Positions 1 to 14,500 of a stretch of 64,000 bases of DNA are shown here, piece after piece. Numbering within the stretch: position 1 is the stretch's first letter; every line of letters starts with the position of its first letter. A program made the position numbers and the translations under genes. The stretch spans positions 511,172-575,171 of the forward strand of contig MNCI01002045.1 in assembly GCA_015680685.1 (NCBI GenBank), written 5' to 3'. The notes beneath the pieces are model-generated. The model searched no databases, was not told where the DNA came from, and saw only the letters and a program-made list of their open reading frames with translations. Origin of the DNA: Gnetum montanum (taxonomy: Eukaryota > Plantae > Gnetophyta).

Positions 1-116
1 CTTGCTAGGTAATCAACTTGTTCTACCATTTGTCTTCCCTTATTTACTTTAGTATCTTTAGTTGTTAGGCCATATGTTAATTGCATCATTGTATTATAGC
101 ATCATATGTTCTTGCA

Positions 117-1320
117 AGTGGTTCCAAATCTACCTACCACATCGAGTTGTGGGTAGAGATGCTAGATAAATTGGCCTTCATGGAAGGCGTTGTTGAAGAG
201 ATGGTGGATGGTTTGCGATAAGCAAACCCAAAGCTCAGTATGTGCACAATGTTTTCATTTTATCCTATCATGCTTACTACTTAAATGCTTAGTTTTTGGC
301 TAAGATGTTTTAGTTGTTGCATGTCTATAGGTCCTAAGCTATAGTGGGACCCGAGCAAGGTGGCCAAGGTGGACATCCTACCTGATATTCCTCCTAAAGT
401 TGATAAGGTACCTCGTCACATGTACAAGACATTGAAGAAGTGTGCACTTTCTTGTGTGAAGGTGTTATGGGTCTGTAGGTGTTCGAATGAGCACTTGTGA
501 AAATGCGTGCATGAACTTTACGAGAGGGTGACTAGCCAAGATGAGAAGATCAAGAATCTTCAATTTAGATATGACTTCATAGTGGCTAAATTACAAGAAG
601 ATTGCACCTGGTGTACCTCTGAGATCGAGTATGCTAGATATTGAATAGCTCTTAGAGGTAAGAACAAGGCCATGCAGGAGTTGATAGAGCAGTAGCTCTA
701 GATGGATTTGTTCACCCAGAAGAACCATGATTGGAAGAATTACAACACAAAGGTTTATTGGTGGGGATAGATGCAAAAGAATTACAAGCATTAGTACAAG
801 CAAGAGTGTGACACGTACTTGTGATGGTACAAGAAGGAGTCTACCAAATGCTGCCACCTCGAGATGATTTTTGAGGTGATTGACGAAAAGCAAGCATATG
901 ATTTGTTTGCATAGAGCACAGTTGTGAGTGACTCTCCTATGAGATAGATTATCACTACCTCTAGAGAGGTCTCTTCTGCTACATTTTTGATGGAGTTGCC
1001 CACATGGACCATTGTGAATAAAGGTAAGACCCTTACATGCATTAACTTTGGCTAGGAGGATTGGATGCAACTTTTTGAGGTTGAGATCCCTCGACGCTTA
1101 GAGGTTGGCCTTGGAAAGTTACCTCTAGAACTCACCGATGCAGGACCCTCTTAGGTTAGTTAGTTTTTATGCTTTTCATGTTTTAAGTTAGCTCATATAG
1201 TGCATGTTTGCTTACTAATTGCACATGTTGGTTAATGCTTGTGGTAGATAACAAGCAATGCCGCAAGCCCTAGCAACACAGTGAAGGGAGGAGAACTTCC
1301 GTCCTCACTTAGTGCTACTA
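117..1320 (+). pseudogene. 3' exons of the antisense accessory gene of element A (coiled-coil region), decayed
   Basis: Translates to WDPSKVAKVDILPDIPPKVDKVPRHMY..., homologous to 30650-31470 and 11730-12600. GT-AG introns at 238-330 and from 1155 (GTTAGT). Contains premature stops. Confidence 0.75.
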
Positions 1321-1499
1321 GTTAAGCATGACTAGATGTACATCATGCTGAGCTTTTTTTTTTATACATTTTTGCCATGTGATGCTATTCATGCTATGTA
1401 TTGCTATGCATATTACATTTGCTAGATCATTATTTGCTATGTGTAAACTTTTATCCTTATGTGACAATTTTATTGCATTTGCTATGAGTGTGTGATTCT

Positions 1500-1915
1500 G
1501 GGCCATTACGAGCCATAGTGGTACTAGGCCACTGAAATTCATAAAAATTTTGTCGTTAGTTTAAAGCCTTGATGGATCCCATACTAGTTTAAGGCCATAG
1601 CAGGAGGGCCAATTCTAGTTTTTTGGCCATTTTAGGCCATGTGTTGCTAGTTTAAGCCATAGAAAGCCAAGGTGCTAGTTTTAGGCCATTCCAAGCCATA
1701 GTGAGAATAGTAGTTTATGGCCATTTCAGGCCTCTATGAAGAAATTAAAAGTGATAGTTTTATGCCATTCCAAGCTACAAGGTTGCTAGTTTAAGGCCAT
1801 AGCCGATCGTGTTGATAGTTTAAGGTCATTCTTGGGCTGTGGTGATGGAGATCAAGAGTGGTAGTTTAAGGCCGTTTTGGGCCATAATGTTGGTAGTTTA
1901 AGGCCATGGTGGGCT
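1500..1915 (-). repeat. Tandem array of hairpin + TAAACTAGC motif downstream of the protease of A
   Basis: More than 10 copies of TAGTTTAAGGCCAT..GGCC on + at 25-35 bp spacing. Confidence 0.85.
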
Positions 1916-2204
1916 GGGTATTGCCATGTCTCTTTTTGTAATTTTTGCTTTTATGGTTTTTATGCATTTTGATGTTTTAAAGAAATGACTACAGAAGTGT
2001 AAAATAACAAGAAAATGCCTAAACAAAGCAGATGAATGCAAGAACCAAGAAAATAAATGCATAAACTAAGCCATTAATCTAAATGAAAATAACATGCTAT
2101 GGTGCTAACCTAATGTGACACAAATGCAATAGAAGTAGAGAGTAGGGTATAGGACATATAAAAGCAAATAGTGGGCAGGCGCCTAGCTTATTTTGGACTA
2201 AGTG

Positions 2205-3075
2205 GGTACCTTAATAGCATGGTTGCTTCCTAGCCCGGTGTGGGTTAGGGGGTGCATAGGGCATGGATTGCACTATCCAGTATTCCACTTGACCCTTGCT
2301 ACGTTAAAGGGAAACTTTGCCCAAAGGGCATTCTTCGGGAGATCGTTGGCTTCCACTACTTCTTTGGGTGCATCAGCCTCATGCATTTCTTTGTCTACCA
2401 TAGCTGCATCATCAAGAAAATTTAATCTTCGACCCTTGCTTTATATATACATTGTTAATGGAGATAGGAGTGGCATTATCACCATGGATGATAACTTCAT
2501 CATCTTCGTATGGAAGGTGGATCTCCTGATGAATTGGAGACGATATGGCTTGTAAGTAGGCTAACCAAGGCCTACCTAGTATCAAGTTAAAGCTTGAAAT
2601 CTCCTCTATGATAATGAATTTGGTAGTGGTGGGGAATTAATCCCTCACTACAAAAGCTATGGTGACTGTGCCCCTAACAATAACACATGATCCATCAAAG
2701 GATTTTAGACATGTGGTTTTCATTGGATTGACCTGGTTTGCAAGGCCTAGCTTGTTGACAATGGTGTATAGAATTACATTTGTCACTGCCCCATCATCAA
2801 CGTGCACTCTAAAAATCTTGCATTGCTCAACATATATGGTGATGAACATGACAGATATTATGACCTCACCCTTCCTAGGGTTGACCTTAATTGCTTCATT
2901 GCAAAATGCTAGGGATGTGGAACTTGATTCCTGTAGTGTAGGGGGCAACATCACTATGTGGATGGAACTCTAATTTTTAGGAATGTCTTCCATGATAGGA
3001 ATGAAGGTTAACATCCATACCAATGCTTTACAGGGGACAGATGAGGTCATGATTAGGTCATACAAGCTTAGTGTT
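2205..3075 (-). pseudogene. Retrotransposon aspartic protease region of A
   Basis: RVHVDDGAVTNVI motif and FNLILGRPWL (about 2570-2595). Contains stops. Confidence 0.85.
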
Positions 3076-5890
3076 GTATTTTTTTGCTTAACTTAGGCTA
3101 ATGCATCGACAAAGTCATTACCATTGGTCATGTTTTTGTTGGCTTTGACTTCCTCCATGTAGCCTAAGAGATGAATTTATCATGGAGGTGACTTGGGCTT
3201 TGTTGGATTGGCCTATGTAGGGACCTCAGTGCTTGGTTGTGATTTGCTGGTTGTGGCCTCCTTAATTATTTTGGCCATGGGGATCATAGATACAGGGAGT
3301 CGCTTTAGTGATCCAAGTGCTCTTTGGTCTTCACATTGCCTAATCATTCTATCTACATGACGCTCATTAGGTCTCCCGGGTTGCCACCTAAAGGATCTGC
3401 TAATGGTGCCAATAGCATTGACCCTTGGATGGAAATGGAATAACGCATTGGCTATCGATGGGCTTTGGACAGGTGAAGGGTTAGCACGTTGTGGCATCTT
3501 GAAAATGAAGGGTAGTTGAACTATTGTTGTTGTGACATGTTGTGGAGCCCTAACCATAAAGGGAATTGTAGGTGCTTGAGGTGGCACTCTGATAATAAAA
3601 GAAGGCCTCAATCTTGTAGGGGCCGAGGGGACCCTTGCACTACTAGGGGGCACGTAGACCATGAATGGCTGCTGCACTAGTTCCAAGTTTTCATTAATGT
3701 TGATAGCACTTATGACATAGACAACATCATCTACATTTAGAGGGTGCTTGTACACCCTCATAGACTAGTTCTATGGCCTGATTGGGTTTGTAGCATTGAG
3801 GACTAGCTTGCCTCTATTGATCACCTTTTGCAGATCATCTTATAAGGCTAGGTAGAACTCCATGCTATGACCTGACAACTGGTCGTAATGGTAGAGCCGA
3901 TCTAGCCTAAAATGTTTTGGGACTAGGGGCTTATTTAATGCTTCCAAAGTGGGGTTTCTAAGTAGCTCATAGTATCTATCATGCCTTTGATAGGCATCCT
4001 CAGACATTTGCTTATATGAGATGTGCTCAGCTTTTAACAGTTGTTCTAGTAGATTTGAGGGCTTTAGTGGCAATGGGATGTACTTGGAATGATCCTTGTG
4101 CTTGAAGTTAGGCCTTTGATTGACTTGCATCATGGCCATTATAGATGGAGACTAGTTGGTTACCTTAGCACCAAGGTTGGCAGCTTTGTTGTTGGCTAGG
4201 GCTTTGGGTGGCCTAGCTGTTAGCTCCTAATTGATTGCCTTGCCCTCTTTGTCTACCACTACCACCATTATAGTTTGCTTTCCCTTATCCTTATCTCTCC
4301 TATCATGCTGGTTCTTATAAGCCATGTAGGCTAGGTCCTTATTGGCTTCCATCACATCCTCTATGCTCTTAGTTTGGGCAAAGGCCTGGCTTAGGGATTG
4401 CAAGCCTAAGTAGTATAGCTTCGACTCTATGAAATCATTAACCGCACCCTTGAAAATAGCTAAGAGATGTGCCTCGGCTATGGACTCTTGTATTTCATCT
4501 AATGAGGAACTCCATCATTGGATGAATTTTTGCATGGGCTCTAAGTGGCCTTGCTTAACCTACATTAGTTGGTCCAAGATTTCTTTCAGTGTTAGGTTGT
4601 ACTTGAAGTGAATCACAAATTGGCTTAAGAGGTCTTCCAAAGAGGAGATAGAGTTTTTGGGCAGAGCACAGTACCAGTCTAACACTTTGCTACATGGCAA
4701 ACATGTGTGTGATGGCATGTGGCCATGCTTGCAATAGTAAACACTTTGACTTAAATATGACCAGATGTGCATTACGGTTTGCCTCATCATTGTACTTGGT
4801 GAACTAAGGTAGTGGGACCCTAGTTGGTAGAGTTAGAGGTGGGACCATAGGACTTATAGGATTGTCCTGGTAGAAGTCCACCACTTTGGAAATTTTAGAG
4901 GAGGAAACTTTGAGTCACTTCACCTCTTCTATCAAGGTTTGGATCACTTGGAACACATGGTCTAAATTTTGGGATGCTCTAGCTGGCTACATTGGTTATG
5001 CTATTTGTTGTGCTGGTTGTGTAGCCCATGATCTAGTCATAAGTTGTGAAACCAACAAGGTGCTTGATGCATTGGCTATGTTATAGGGATAGTAATTGGA
5101 GCAAGCCATGCATATGCGGGTTGGACTGACATCAAGGATGATGATGAAACAGGTAGGACGTAGGGTGCTTGAGTCATTTGGGACCTAGAGACGAGCCTTG
5201 CATGAACATATGGTTGAGCTGGCATGACTGTTGTTGGCAAAGATGGCTGGGTAGGTTGAGATGATGCTATGAAGAATAAGTTGAAGGAAGATGTTACATC
5301 ATAATGCATGTATTGTGTCTAATGGGTTGCCACTATAGGCATAGATCTAAGCTTGATAGAGTGGCAAGGTGATGCCAGTGTTATGATTGTCTTGGGGAGG
5401 ATGGATGAATTGAACCTAGGAGGGGCTAGAATAGGGATTACATATTGAAATATGGTGTGAAAGATGATCTCATGTTCAGAGAAAGCTTCGAACTTATCCT
5501 CTCTTCCTATAAGGCTTCCTCGTAGTTAGTTCCCACGTCATGCTCATCTACTTGGATGAGTTGGGATAAGAATTGGTGGTGGGACTTTGTGAGTTGGATG
5601 ATGTTAAATGAGGAGGGGATGTACTTCCATCCATCTTAGTGGATTAGTTCAAAGTCCCATTTTTCCTCCATGTTAAGGCAATATATATGTAACCTTGCTT
5701 GGACCTTTGCATATATAAAGTTGTATTGCTCATTGTTGAGCATGACATCCTCTAGGCTACGTAGCCTAAGGGATTACCTTAGCCTGGCCATCATGAGATT
5801 CACAAGGTTGTCAATCTTGGTCTCTTGTTGGATAGGTAAGATATCAAGTATGTTTTAAATTAACATTGAAGGTTGAGCTAGGTTCATGGT
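3076..5890 (-). pseudogene. gag of element A
   Basis: Retrotrans_gag-like KVLDWYCALPKNSISSLEDLLSQFVIHFKYN, Pro/Gln-rich linker and degenerate zinc-knuckle (HYDQLSGHSMEFYLAL). Contains stops and frameshifts. Confidence 0.85.
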
Positions 5891-6284
5891 TGTAGATTGA
5901 ATTGTAAAGGGAAATTGCTGGTTGCAAAATATAGTGGACCAAGCTGAAACTAACTTTGTTTTGGCTGATACCACTAACTACACTCTCCACTATGGAGAGA
6001 TAACTATGCTATCTATGCTAACTATGATTTCCACTGCAAAGAGCCAACTACATTCTCCATGACAAAGAGCTGACTATGCTATCTATGTTGGAGATGACTA
6101 TGCTCCAATTGAGGATAATGGCAACTTAGCAAAATAGTCAAGAGAAGTGCAATTTGGGGTTGCTATGCAAGGTCCTGAGGGGACCAACTATAGGATGCAA
6201 TCTACATTAATGGATCAGTTAACAACTACGATATAGAGAGCTCACGAAACAATCTCAATGGAGCTTGAAAAAATGGATTTTTCA

Positions 6285-6299
6285 CTCCTTCTAGCACTA
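6285..6299 (-). other. Primer binding site (tRNA-Asn-like) of A
   Basis: Minus strand TAGTGCTAGAAGGAG, matching TGGCGCTAGAAGGAG apart from two transitions, 5 nt from the LTR end. Confidence 0.7.
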
Positions 6300-6655
6300 G
6301 AAACTATGGTGACTGAAAATGTTGGTGGCTAGAACATTGAGGTCCACAAGCACATAGCCTAACCTCAAATCCAAGTGAGGGCCTATTAGAGGTAGAGACG
6401 GGGTGCCCTGAATGATCTGTCCAATTGAACAGGGACTTATTGGATGTGATGGGGGTGTAGCATGGTTAGTTTCAGTGCTGATGCAAAGCAATGCTAAGTG
6501 TTCAAGTGATGTCAATGATGTTAGTGGGGTTGAGCATAGTCAAGATTTGTTTAGCAAAAATGAGGATGTCAACATGCAGAGACCACCACCCAAGTGTAGT
6601 GTTAGGTTTGACTATGCTGTGAAACAGTGGAAAATGTAAATAAAATGCAAAAAGT

Positions 6656-6660
<5 letters not shown>

Positions 6661-6700
<40 letters not shown>
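6661..6700. repeat. (GA)20 microsatellite inside LTR A
   Basis: Perfect dinucleotide run. Confidence 0.97.
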
Positions 6701-6703
<3 letters not shown>

Positions 6704-7439
6704 AGAATACCACCCCAAACAGGGTTGAGCATAGTTAACACCAAAAGGGATTAGAAGGTACACAATGTACAATAGGCACAATGGACAACATAGTCATAGT
6801 CTCAAGGGTGTTTGGCCATGAAGACTAGCTTTTTTTTGAGATGTCTGTGTCTGTCAGGTTGGCCTCCATGGTGTACCATTGGTTGTGATGTTCTAGTGGA
6901 CTATAGTAGTTTGCAACTTCATCGATATGCCTTTGGTTTTCTCTCAAGTGCTCTTTAGGTTTACCAAGTCTCTGGTTTACTAATTCATGAACTCTGGAAT
7001 TTTCCAACCTAGATTTTTGTTAGCCTTGAAAACATTGAGAATGAGAGTATTTATAGGCCTAGGATTAGTGCAAAATGCCAAATGGCTACCACATGGTAGA
7101 GGGAACGATTGGGGCTACACTGTTACCCAACTACGCTCTTCACTGGGCTAGTGGTGTTGTACTTTGTTGTGCTCTAATGGACTGTATGAGATTATGAGAT
7201 TTTGACTATGCTAAAAACTACATGTATGTGCCAAGAATACTCTAAGGTACTTATGAAAATGTAATTTCGAAGACTACACTTTGGAACTATGCTCTCCACA
7301 CTCTCGCATGGGGTTGAGGAAATTTACAATTTTGGGGCTAAAAAGGAAATACAAAAGGATGCATTTTGCTAACTATACTTACCAAAGGTGAGTTGGAGTT
7401 AAGCTGAGTAATGTTGTTATGCTATGGAGGTCACTTGAG

Positions 7440-8075
7440 GCTATTCTTATTGACTATGCTTGACTACACTCTTAACAGGGGAAGAACATAGTTTTGACAC
7501 TTAAGAGAATTTGCAAAAACTAGCTTTTGTGCTAACTATGCTTTCCATGAGAGGCTAACTACGCTCTCCATGAGAGGCTAACTACGCTCTCAATTGGGAA
7601 TGAACATAGTCTTAGTACTTGTCAAAACTTGTGGAAATTGGCTTATGGCTGAATACACTCTCCATGAGAGGTTGACTACGCTCTGGGGTAGTGGAAAGCA
7701 TAGTCCCAGCACTTAAAAAATTTGTAGTGACTAACTTTGTGTTGACACTTAGAAAAATTTCAAAACTAACCTTCATGTTGACTATGCTCTTCACAAGAGG
7801 CTGACTACGCTCTAAGGTAGTGGAGAGCATAGTCTTAGCACTTAGAAAATTTTGCAGTGACTATTTGTGTGTTGAAACTTAGAAAAAATTGCAAAATTGG
7901 CCTTTGTGCTAATTACACTCTCTATGAGAGGCTAACTACACTCTTCACTAGGGGTGAGCATAGTCTCAGCACTTAGAAAAAATTTCAAAAATTGGATTTT
8001 GTGCTGACTATGATTTCCATGAGAGGCTAACTATGCTCCCTACTGGGGTTGAATGTAGTCTCAACACTTAGCTAA
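7440..8075. repeat. U3 subrepeat array in LTR A (ACTAYRCTCT / AGAGYRTAGT motifs)
   Basis: About 6 imperfect ~80-120 bp units, mirrored in B LTR 40690-41250. Confidence 0.85.
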
Positions 8076-8118
8076 AATTGCGGTTGGGATGTCATAGTTT
8101 GAATTTGGTGGTGTTTTA

Positions 8119-10783
8119 AGGATGACCCTATAAGTCTTGTAGTCCCACTTGTAACTCTTCCAATTGGGGTCCTGCTACCCCAATTTACCAAATACAATAG
8201 TGAGGGAGACCCCAATGCGCATTTGGTCATGTTTAGGTCAAAGTGCTTATTGTTGCAAGCATGGCCACATGCCATCACACATGTGTTCACCATGTCACTA
8301 ACTAGAAAAGAATTAGATTGGTAATATGCACTACCCAGAGGCTTTATCTCCTCTTTGGAGGACCTCTTGAGCTAATTCATAATGTACTTCAAATACAATT
8401 TGAAGCCAGACACAACCTTAGACCAACTAATGCAAGTCAAGTAGGGCCACCTAGAGACTGTGTAGAAGTTCATTTAATGTTGGAGTGCTTTACTAAATGA
8501 AATACAAGAGCCAATAGCTGAAGCACATCTCCTAGCCATTTTTAAGGATGCATTCAACAACTTTATAAAGTTAAAACTATATTACTTGGGATCATGATCC
8601 CTAAGCCAAGCTTTCGCTCAAACCAAAAGTATAGAAGATGTAGCAAAAGGTAGTAAGGACTTGGCCTACGTGGCCTACAAGAACCAGCATGTAAGGAGAG
8701 ATAAAGACAAGGGAAAATAGAATGAAATGGTGCTAACTATAATCAAAGAAGCCAAAGCAACGAACCAAGGGTAGATAGCTAGGTAGCCCAAAGCCTCGGC
8801 TAACAACAAAGTTACTAACTCTAGAACTAAGGCAACCAACAAGCCTACATCCTCGATGGCCATAGCACAAGTTGTTGAAAGGTCCAACTTTGAGTGCAAG
8901 GATCACTCTAAGTATACCCCATTTCCACTAAAGCCTTTAGAGTTTCTAGATCAACTACTAAAACCCATACGCATTCAATACAAACATATGTGTGAGGATG
9001 CCTGCAAGAAGCATGATAAATACTACAAGCTATTGAGAAATCTTGCTTTGGTGGCACTAAATGAGCCCTCAGTCCCAAGACACTTTAGGCTAGACTGATT
9101 TTCCCATTACTACCAATTGTCTGGCCATAGTGTAGACTTTTTTCTAGCTTTGCAAGATGACCTACAAAGGATGATTGACAGAGTTGAGATAGTACTCAAC
9201 ACTGCAAACATAGTCAAGCCTTAGAACTAGTCCATGAGGGTGTACAATGATCCTATAAATGTAGATGATGTTGGCTATGTCATAAACACTATCAGTATTA
9301 ATGATAATGTAGAATTGGTGTAGCAATAATTTGTCGTTCAAGTGCTCTTTGGTAGCAAAAGGATCTCCTCGACCCCTTTTCATCATTAGAGTGCCACCTC
9401 AAGCACCCACAACACCCTTCATAGTTAGGGTCCCCTAGCATGTTGCATTAGCAAAAATTGCTCAGCCATCCTTTGTCATCAAGGTGCCACAACATGCTAG
9501 CCCCTCTCCTATTTGAAGCATGAAGGTAGCCAACGCATAAGTCCCTTCCTTCCCAAGGGCTAACCTGGTTGGCAACATTGGTAGACCCTTGAGGTAGCAA
9601 CACATAAGACCCAATGAGCATCTCATAGATAAAATGATTAGGCAACATCAAGACCAAAGAGTGTTGGATCCAACAAAACTAGTTCCTATATCTGTGATTC
9701 CTATGACCAAAATAATTGAAGAGGCCACAACGAGCAAATCACAAGGGAGCACTAAGGTCCCTAAGCACGTTGAGTAAACAAAGCCTAGGTCGCTTCCATG
9801 AGAAATCTGTCTCTTAGGCTGTGTGAAGGAAGTCAAGGCCAATAAAGACATGGCTGATGGTAAAGGCTTTGTAGACACATTAGCCTATGTTAAATGAGCA
9901 CTTAAATAGAAAAATACAACATTGAGCTTGTATGACTTGATCATGACCTCATCTAGCCACCATGAAGCATTGGTGCAGATGTTGACCTTCATCCTTGTTA
10001 TAGAGGACATCCTTGCATATGAGACCTCTATCCATGCAATGATGCTACCCCTTTCACCATTGAAATTGAGTTCCATGTTCCTCGAATTTCATGATGAAGT
10101 AATAAAGGTCAATCCTAAGAGGTATGAGGTCATAACAGCTCCTATGTTTATTACTATATGCTTTGGGCAATGCAAAATTTGCAAAGTGAACGTCAATGAC
10201 AGACCTGCAACAAACATAATATCATACACCATCATGGATAAGCTAGGCCTCACAGATCAAATTAGGTTACTAAAAATTGCATGCTTGAAATCCTTCAACA
10301 GGTCATGTGTCATTGTCAAGGGCACTATTACTATAGCTTTCATAGTAGGGGAGAAATCCCCACCACTACTGAGTTCATTATCATAGAAGAGATGCTGGGC
10401 TTCAACCTGATATTGGGCAAATATTGGCTGGCCCAATTATGAGCTGTCTCCTCTTCGATTCATCAAGAGATCCACCTCTTGTACAAAGGTGGTGAAGTTA
10501 TCATCTATGGTGATAACATCACCCCTTTGACCATCAACAACATAGATATGGAGCAAGGGTCAGAAGTTGAGTTTCCTGATGGTACATTTGTAGCAAAGAA
10601 TGAAACTCATGAAGAAGATACACCTGAAAAGATGGTAGAAGCCAGTAGCATCTTAAAGGATGCCCTTTTGGTGGAGTTTCCCTTTGATGTAATAAGCGAA
10701 GGTCAAATGGATTACTAGATAGTGCAGTTTAGACCCTACGCACCTCCTAACCCACACTAGGTTAGGAAGCAACTGCACGACTA
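8119..10783 (+). pseudogene. gag (3' part) and protease of B
   Basis: PQFTKYNSEGDPNAHL, HYYQLSGHSVDFFL, SLYDLIMTSSSH, KVNVNDRPATNII, FNLILGKYWL. Many stops. Confidence 0.88.
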
Positions 10784-11089
10784 AGGTACCTCCTCAGTTG
10801 AAAATGTGCTAGGTGTCTACCTACTATTTTCTTTTGCATGCCATCTATTTTACTTTTGGCTTATGTTGCATTTGTTTGACATTAAATTAGCATTATAGTA
10901 TGTTATTTGCATTTAGCTTGATTGCTTATATTATGCATTAGTTCACTTAGTTTACACATTTTCTTGCTTTGTTTATGCATTCATCTACATAGTTTATGCT
11001 TCCATAGTTATTACCATGCATGAAAAACATGAAAAATGCATAAAAATCATAAAAGTGAAAAAATCACAAAAAAGAGAGATAACAATATG

Positions 11090-11430
11090 TGGCTAAGAAT
11101 GGCCTAAAACTATCACTTTTAATTCCATCGTTGCAGCTCGGAATGACCTTAAAGTAGCAATGCATGGCTCGGAATGACCTTAAACTATCACCATAGCTCG
11201 AAAGGGCCTTAAACTACTATCGTGGCTCACCATGGCCTTAAACTGGATTTCTCCATGGCCCACTATTACCTTAAATTGGCAACACATAGCCTAAAATGGC
11301 CAAAAACTAGCAACGACCCTCCTACTATAGCCTTAAACTAGCATGGGTCCTATCAAGGCTTGAAATTACCAACAAACTCGCTATGGCTTGTAATGGCTAG
11401 GTATTTCTATGGCTCACAATGGCCTAGACT
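11090..11430 (+). repeat. Hairpin + TAAACTA motif array after the protease of B
   Basis: Repeated GGCTCGGAATGACCTTAAACTA / GGCCTTAAACT. Confidence 0.85.
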
Positions 11431-11599
11431 TGCATACTCATAGAAAATGCAATAAAATCATCATATAGGGATAAAATTTCACACATTACACTTAGCAAAT
11501 AATCATCCATAGAAAATGTAATATGAATAGCAATACATAGCATGAATAGCATCACATAGAAAAAATGTAGAAAAAAGCCCAGTAGGAGATACATCTGGT

Positions 11600-14500
11600 C
11601 ATGATTAACCAGTAGTGCTAAGTGGGGGTGGAGGTTTTGTTTCCTCTACGAGGTCACTAGGGGCTATAGCATTGCTTGGTACCTACCACAACCATTAATA
11701 AATATGCATGATTACTAAGAAATCATGCATTACATGAGCTAACTCAAAACATAAAAAGCATAAAAAACTAATGTAGAAGAAACTAACATGGGAGGGTCCT
11801 CCATTGGTGAGTTCTGGAGGTAACTTTCCAAGGTTGATCTCCAAGCGATGGAGGATCTCAACTTTGGAAAGTTGCACCAAGTCTTCCTAGCCAAAGTCAA
11901 TACCTACAAGGATCTTGCCTTTGTCCACGATGGTCCAGGTGGGTGGATCCATGAAAAATGTAGTAGAGGAGGCCTCTCTGGAGGGGGTGATGATTTACCT
12001 CATGGGAAAGTCACTCACAATTGTACATTGCATGAACAAGTCATATGCTTGCTTTCTGCTAGTTGTCTCAAGAAAAATCTTGAGGCAAAAACATTCAGTA
12101 TACTCTTCCTTGTACCATTGCAAGTACATGTCATGCTTTCACTTGTATTGATGCTTGTGATCCTTCTACATCTATCCTAACCGATAAACCTTTGTGCTAT
12201 AATTCTTCCAATCCTGATTCTTCTAAGTAAGCAAATACATTTGGAGCTGCTACTCTATCAAATCCTACATAACCTTGTTCTTACCTTTGAGAGCTATCCA
12301 ATACCTAGCATACTAAATGTGAGAGGTATGTCACGTGCCATCTCCCTATGATCTAGCCACTATAAAGTCATATCTAGATTAAAGATCCTTGATCTTCTCA
12401 TCTTAGCTAGTCACCCTCTCCTGTAGTTCATGCACCTATTTTCACAAGTGCTCATTAGAGCACCTATAGACCCATACCAAATTTGCACAAGAAAGAATGT
12501 ACTTGTTAGATATCTTGTACATGTGATGAGGTAATTTATTAACTTCAAGAGGAAGGTTGAGTAGAGTGTCCATCCTTGCCACCCTGCTCGGATCCCACTG
12601 CAGCTTAGGATTGTTACAGATACAACAACCAATCAACCGTAGTAAAAAACTAAGCATTGAAGCAATAAGTAGGATAGTATAAAGTGGAATAGCATTGCAC
12701 GCATACCTAGCTCTAAGTTGGCTTGTCACAAGTGGTCCACCATGTCCTCAATAGTGCCTTCCATGAAGGCAAGTTTATTCGGCATCTCTATCCATGGGTC
12801 CATGTTGTAGGTAGATGTAGGATCATTGGTGGGAATATTTGACACTATAATACAACAATGTAATTAGCACATGACTTAACACAGCTCAAGATACCAAAGT
12901 AAATAAGGAAGGATGAATGGAAATAAAGGTAGAGTACCTAGCTAGTCGTTAAGCATGAGTGAAGGGGATTCACCTAGCTACATAGCATAAAACAAAGTGT
13001 CAAAATCACCCTCATCAGGGTGGAGCAACCCCTCCTCTTCCAACTGCCGAAGGACCTCTACCACCTCATGAAGCTCATCTCCATGAGCTACTTCCTTCTC
13101 AACCTAAGGAGGTGCTTCCTTCACTTTCACCTCATCCACTGCTCTTACATCCCTCTCTTCTTTTTCTACAATTAACACATATACATGTATAGCACATCAT
13201 TAGCTAATTAACATTATAGCACCAAAGAAAAATAGAAAAACATAAAAAAGATAATATATACATAAATGCAACTAAGGCATCTAAGAATCTATGCATACTA
13301 ACCTACAACATTCGCATGCAAGCTTTGTAGCTTAATGTAGATCTTTTTGCTATTTGGTTTCCTGATCTTAGGGGTAGCTTCCTCTTGAGGATGTGACCTC
13401 TTGATCTTGGCCTTAGATAGCCCCAATGTCACTACTATGTAGTGATCTACCTTGGTCATGTTCTTGGTGCTAATTGAAGGGCCCTCACCCACACTATCAC
13501 ATGAATAATGTGAGTGTCCCATAGGAACCTTGGTTGTTACTGATAATGACTCATCTATCTCCTTTGGAGGGTGCTACATGCATGTGGTCAAAAGCATATG
13601 TTTGACCCATAATTGGGATAGCTACTCATGGTCTTGCACCATCTATTGTCCATCATCCCACATGAACAAAAGTTCTACAAACCTTCGTAGGTATCCTGCA
13701 AAGAAGACAAAGTGGATGTGGGACCTTGCCTAGAGGTTAAATCAAACCCAAGAAATCTCTACATGTAGACCAATGGCTATGTACATAGTCCAATTGAAAC
13801 CTTGTAGCCTCTAGTAGCACCTCCTTCATCACCCGTGCATGTTCCATCCTCAGGCACCTCAGGCACCTGCACATCTTTAATTGATATGCCTTTGTGAGAT
13901 TGAGTGGCCTTCAACCAGTCCTTGATCTCCTCTTTGCAGTCCACCTCCCTATTGGTCTTATCATTGGGCCATCAGTAAGAATGCCAAAGAGATAAGCAAA
14001 GAAGGCCTTGCTAAGGTCCAGCACCACCATTGCACTGTGCATTCGAGTGATAAACTTCCTGACATCATTGCTAAAGGAGTCAATGATGGTGACCATTTCA
14101 ACCACCAGGATACTTGGGATAAGGGCCAAGAATAGGTCCATTAACCCAATATGCATGAGCGAAGCTATCAGCCAGTGCTGTGCACCTTCCACATATCTTA
14201 TTTCATGATGAGGGTGGCCTCTGTGTGACACATGGTGACCACTGTCACCTTAGCTAAGGCAACCACTATTGTAATATAAAGCAAAACAAGGTTAGCATTT
14301 CATCATGTAAATAAGGCAAACTAAAGGGCATACACGCAAGCACATGAGCCAAAACATAGATATGTACATAGCACAAAAGGAGTACAAGACCAGGGGGTTC
14401 TATAGACACCTCCTTAGAGTTAATCTCACTAGCTGTCCACTCCTCATCTAACCAACCATGGGTCTTGCATTACTCATATTCTTTCAAGTGATGAGAGATG

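Larger units (their letters stand above)
1..8118 (-). mobile_element. Ty3/gypsy Tat-lineage LTR retrotransposon A, 5' part (continues beyond the left edge), inserted into gag of element B
   Basis: 5' LTR 6305-8118 is homologous to B's 3' LTR (40639-42361). It is followed by a PBS, gag and protease on the minus strand. B's gag resumes directly at 8119 (AGGAT GACCCTATAAGT). Confidence 0.9.
6305..8118 (-). repeat. 5' LTR of element A
   Basis: Reverse-complement homology to 40639-42361 including both termini (TAAAACACCACCAAATT vs TGAAACACCACCAAATT). TATA CCTATAAATAC on minus at ~7048-7058. Confidence 0.9.

Noticed and set aside
591-1070. 159-aa minus-strand ORF and its homologue 11848-12180 as a sense env-like gene
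   Set aside because: They are shadows of the antisense gene's large exon. Splice signals and cross-family protein conservation are on the other strand.
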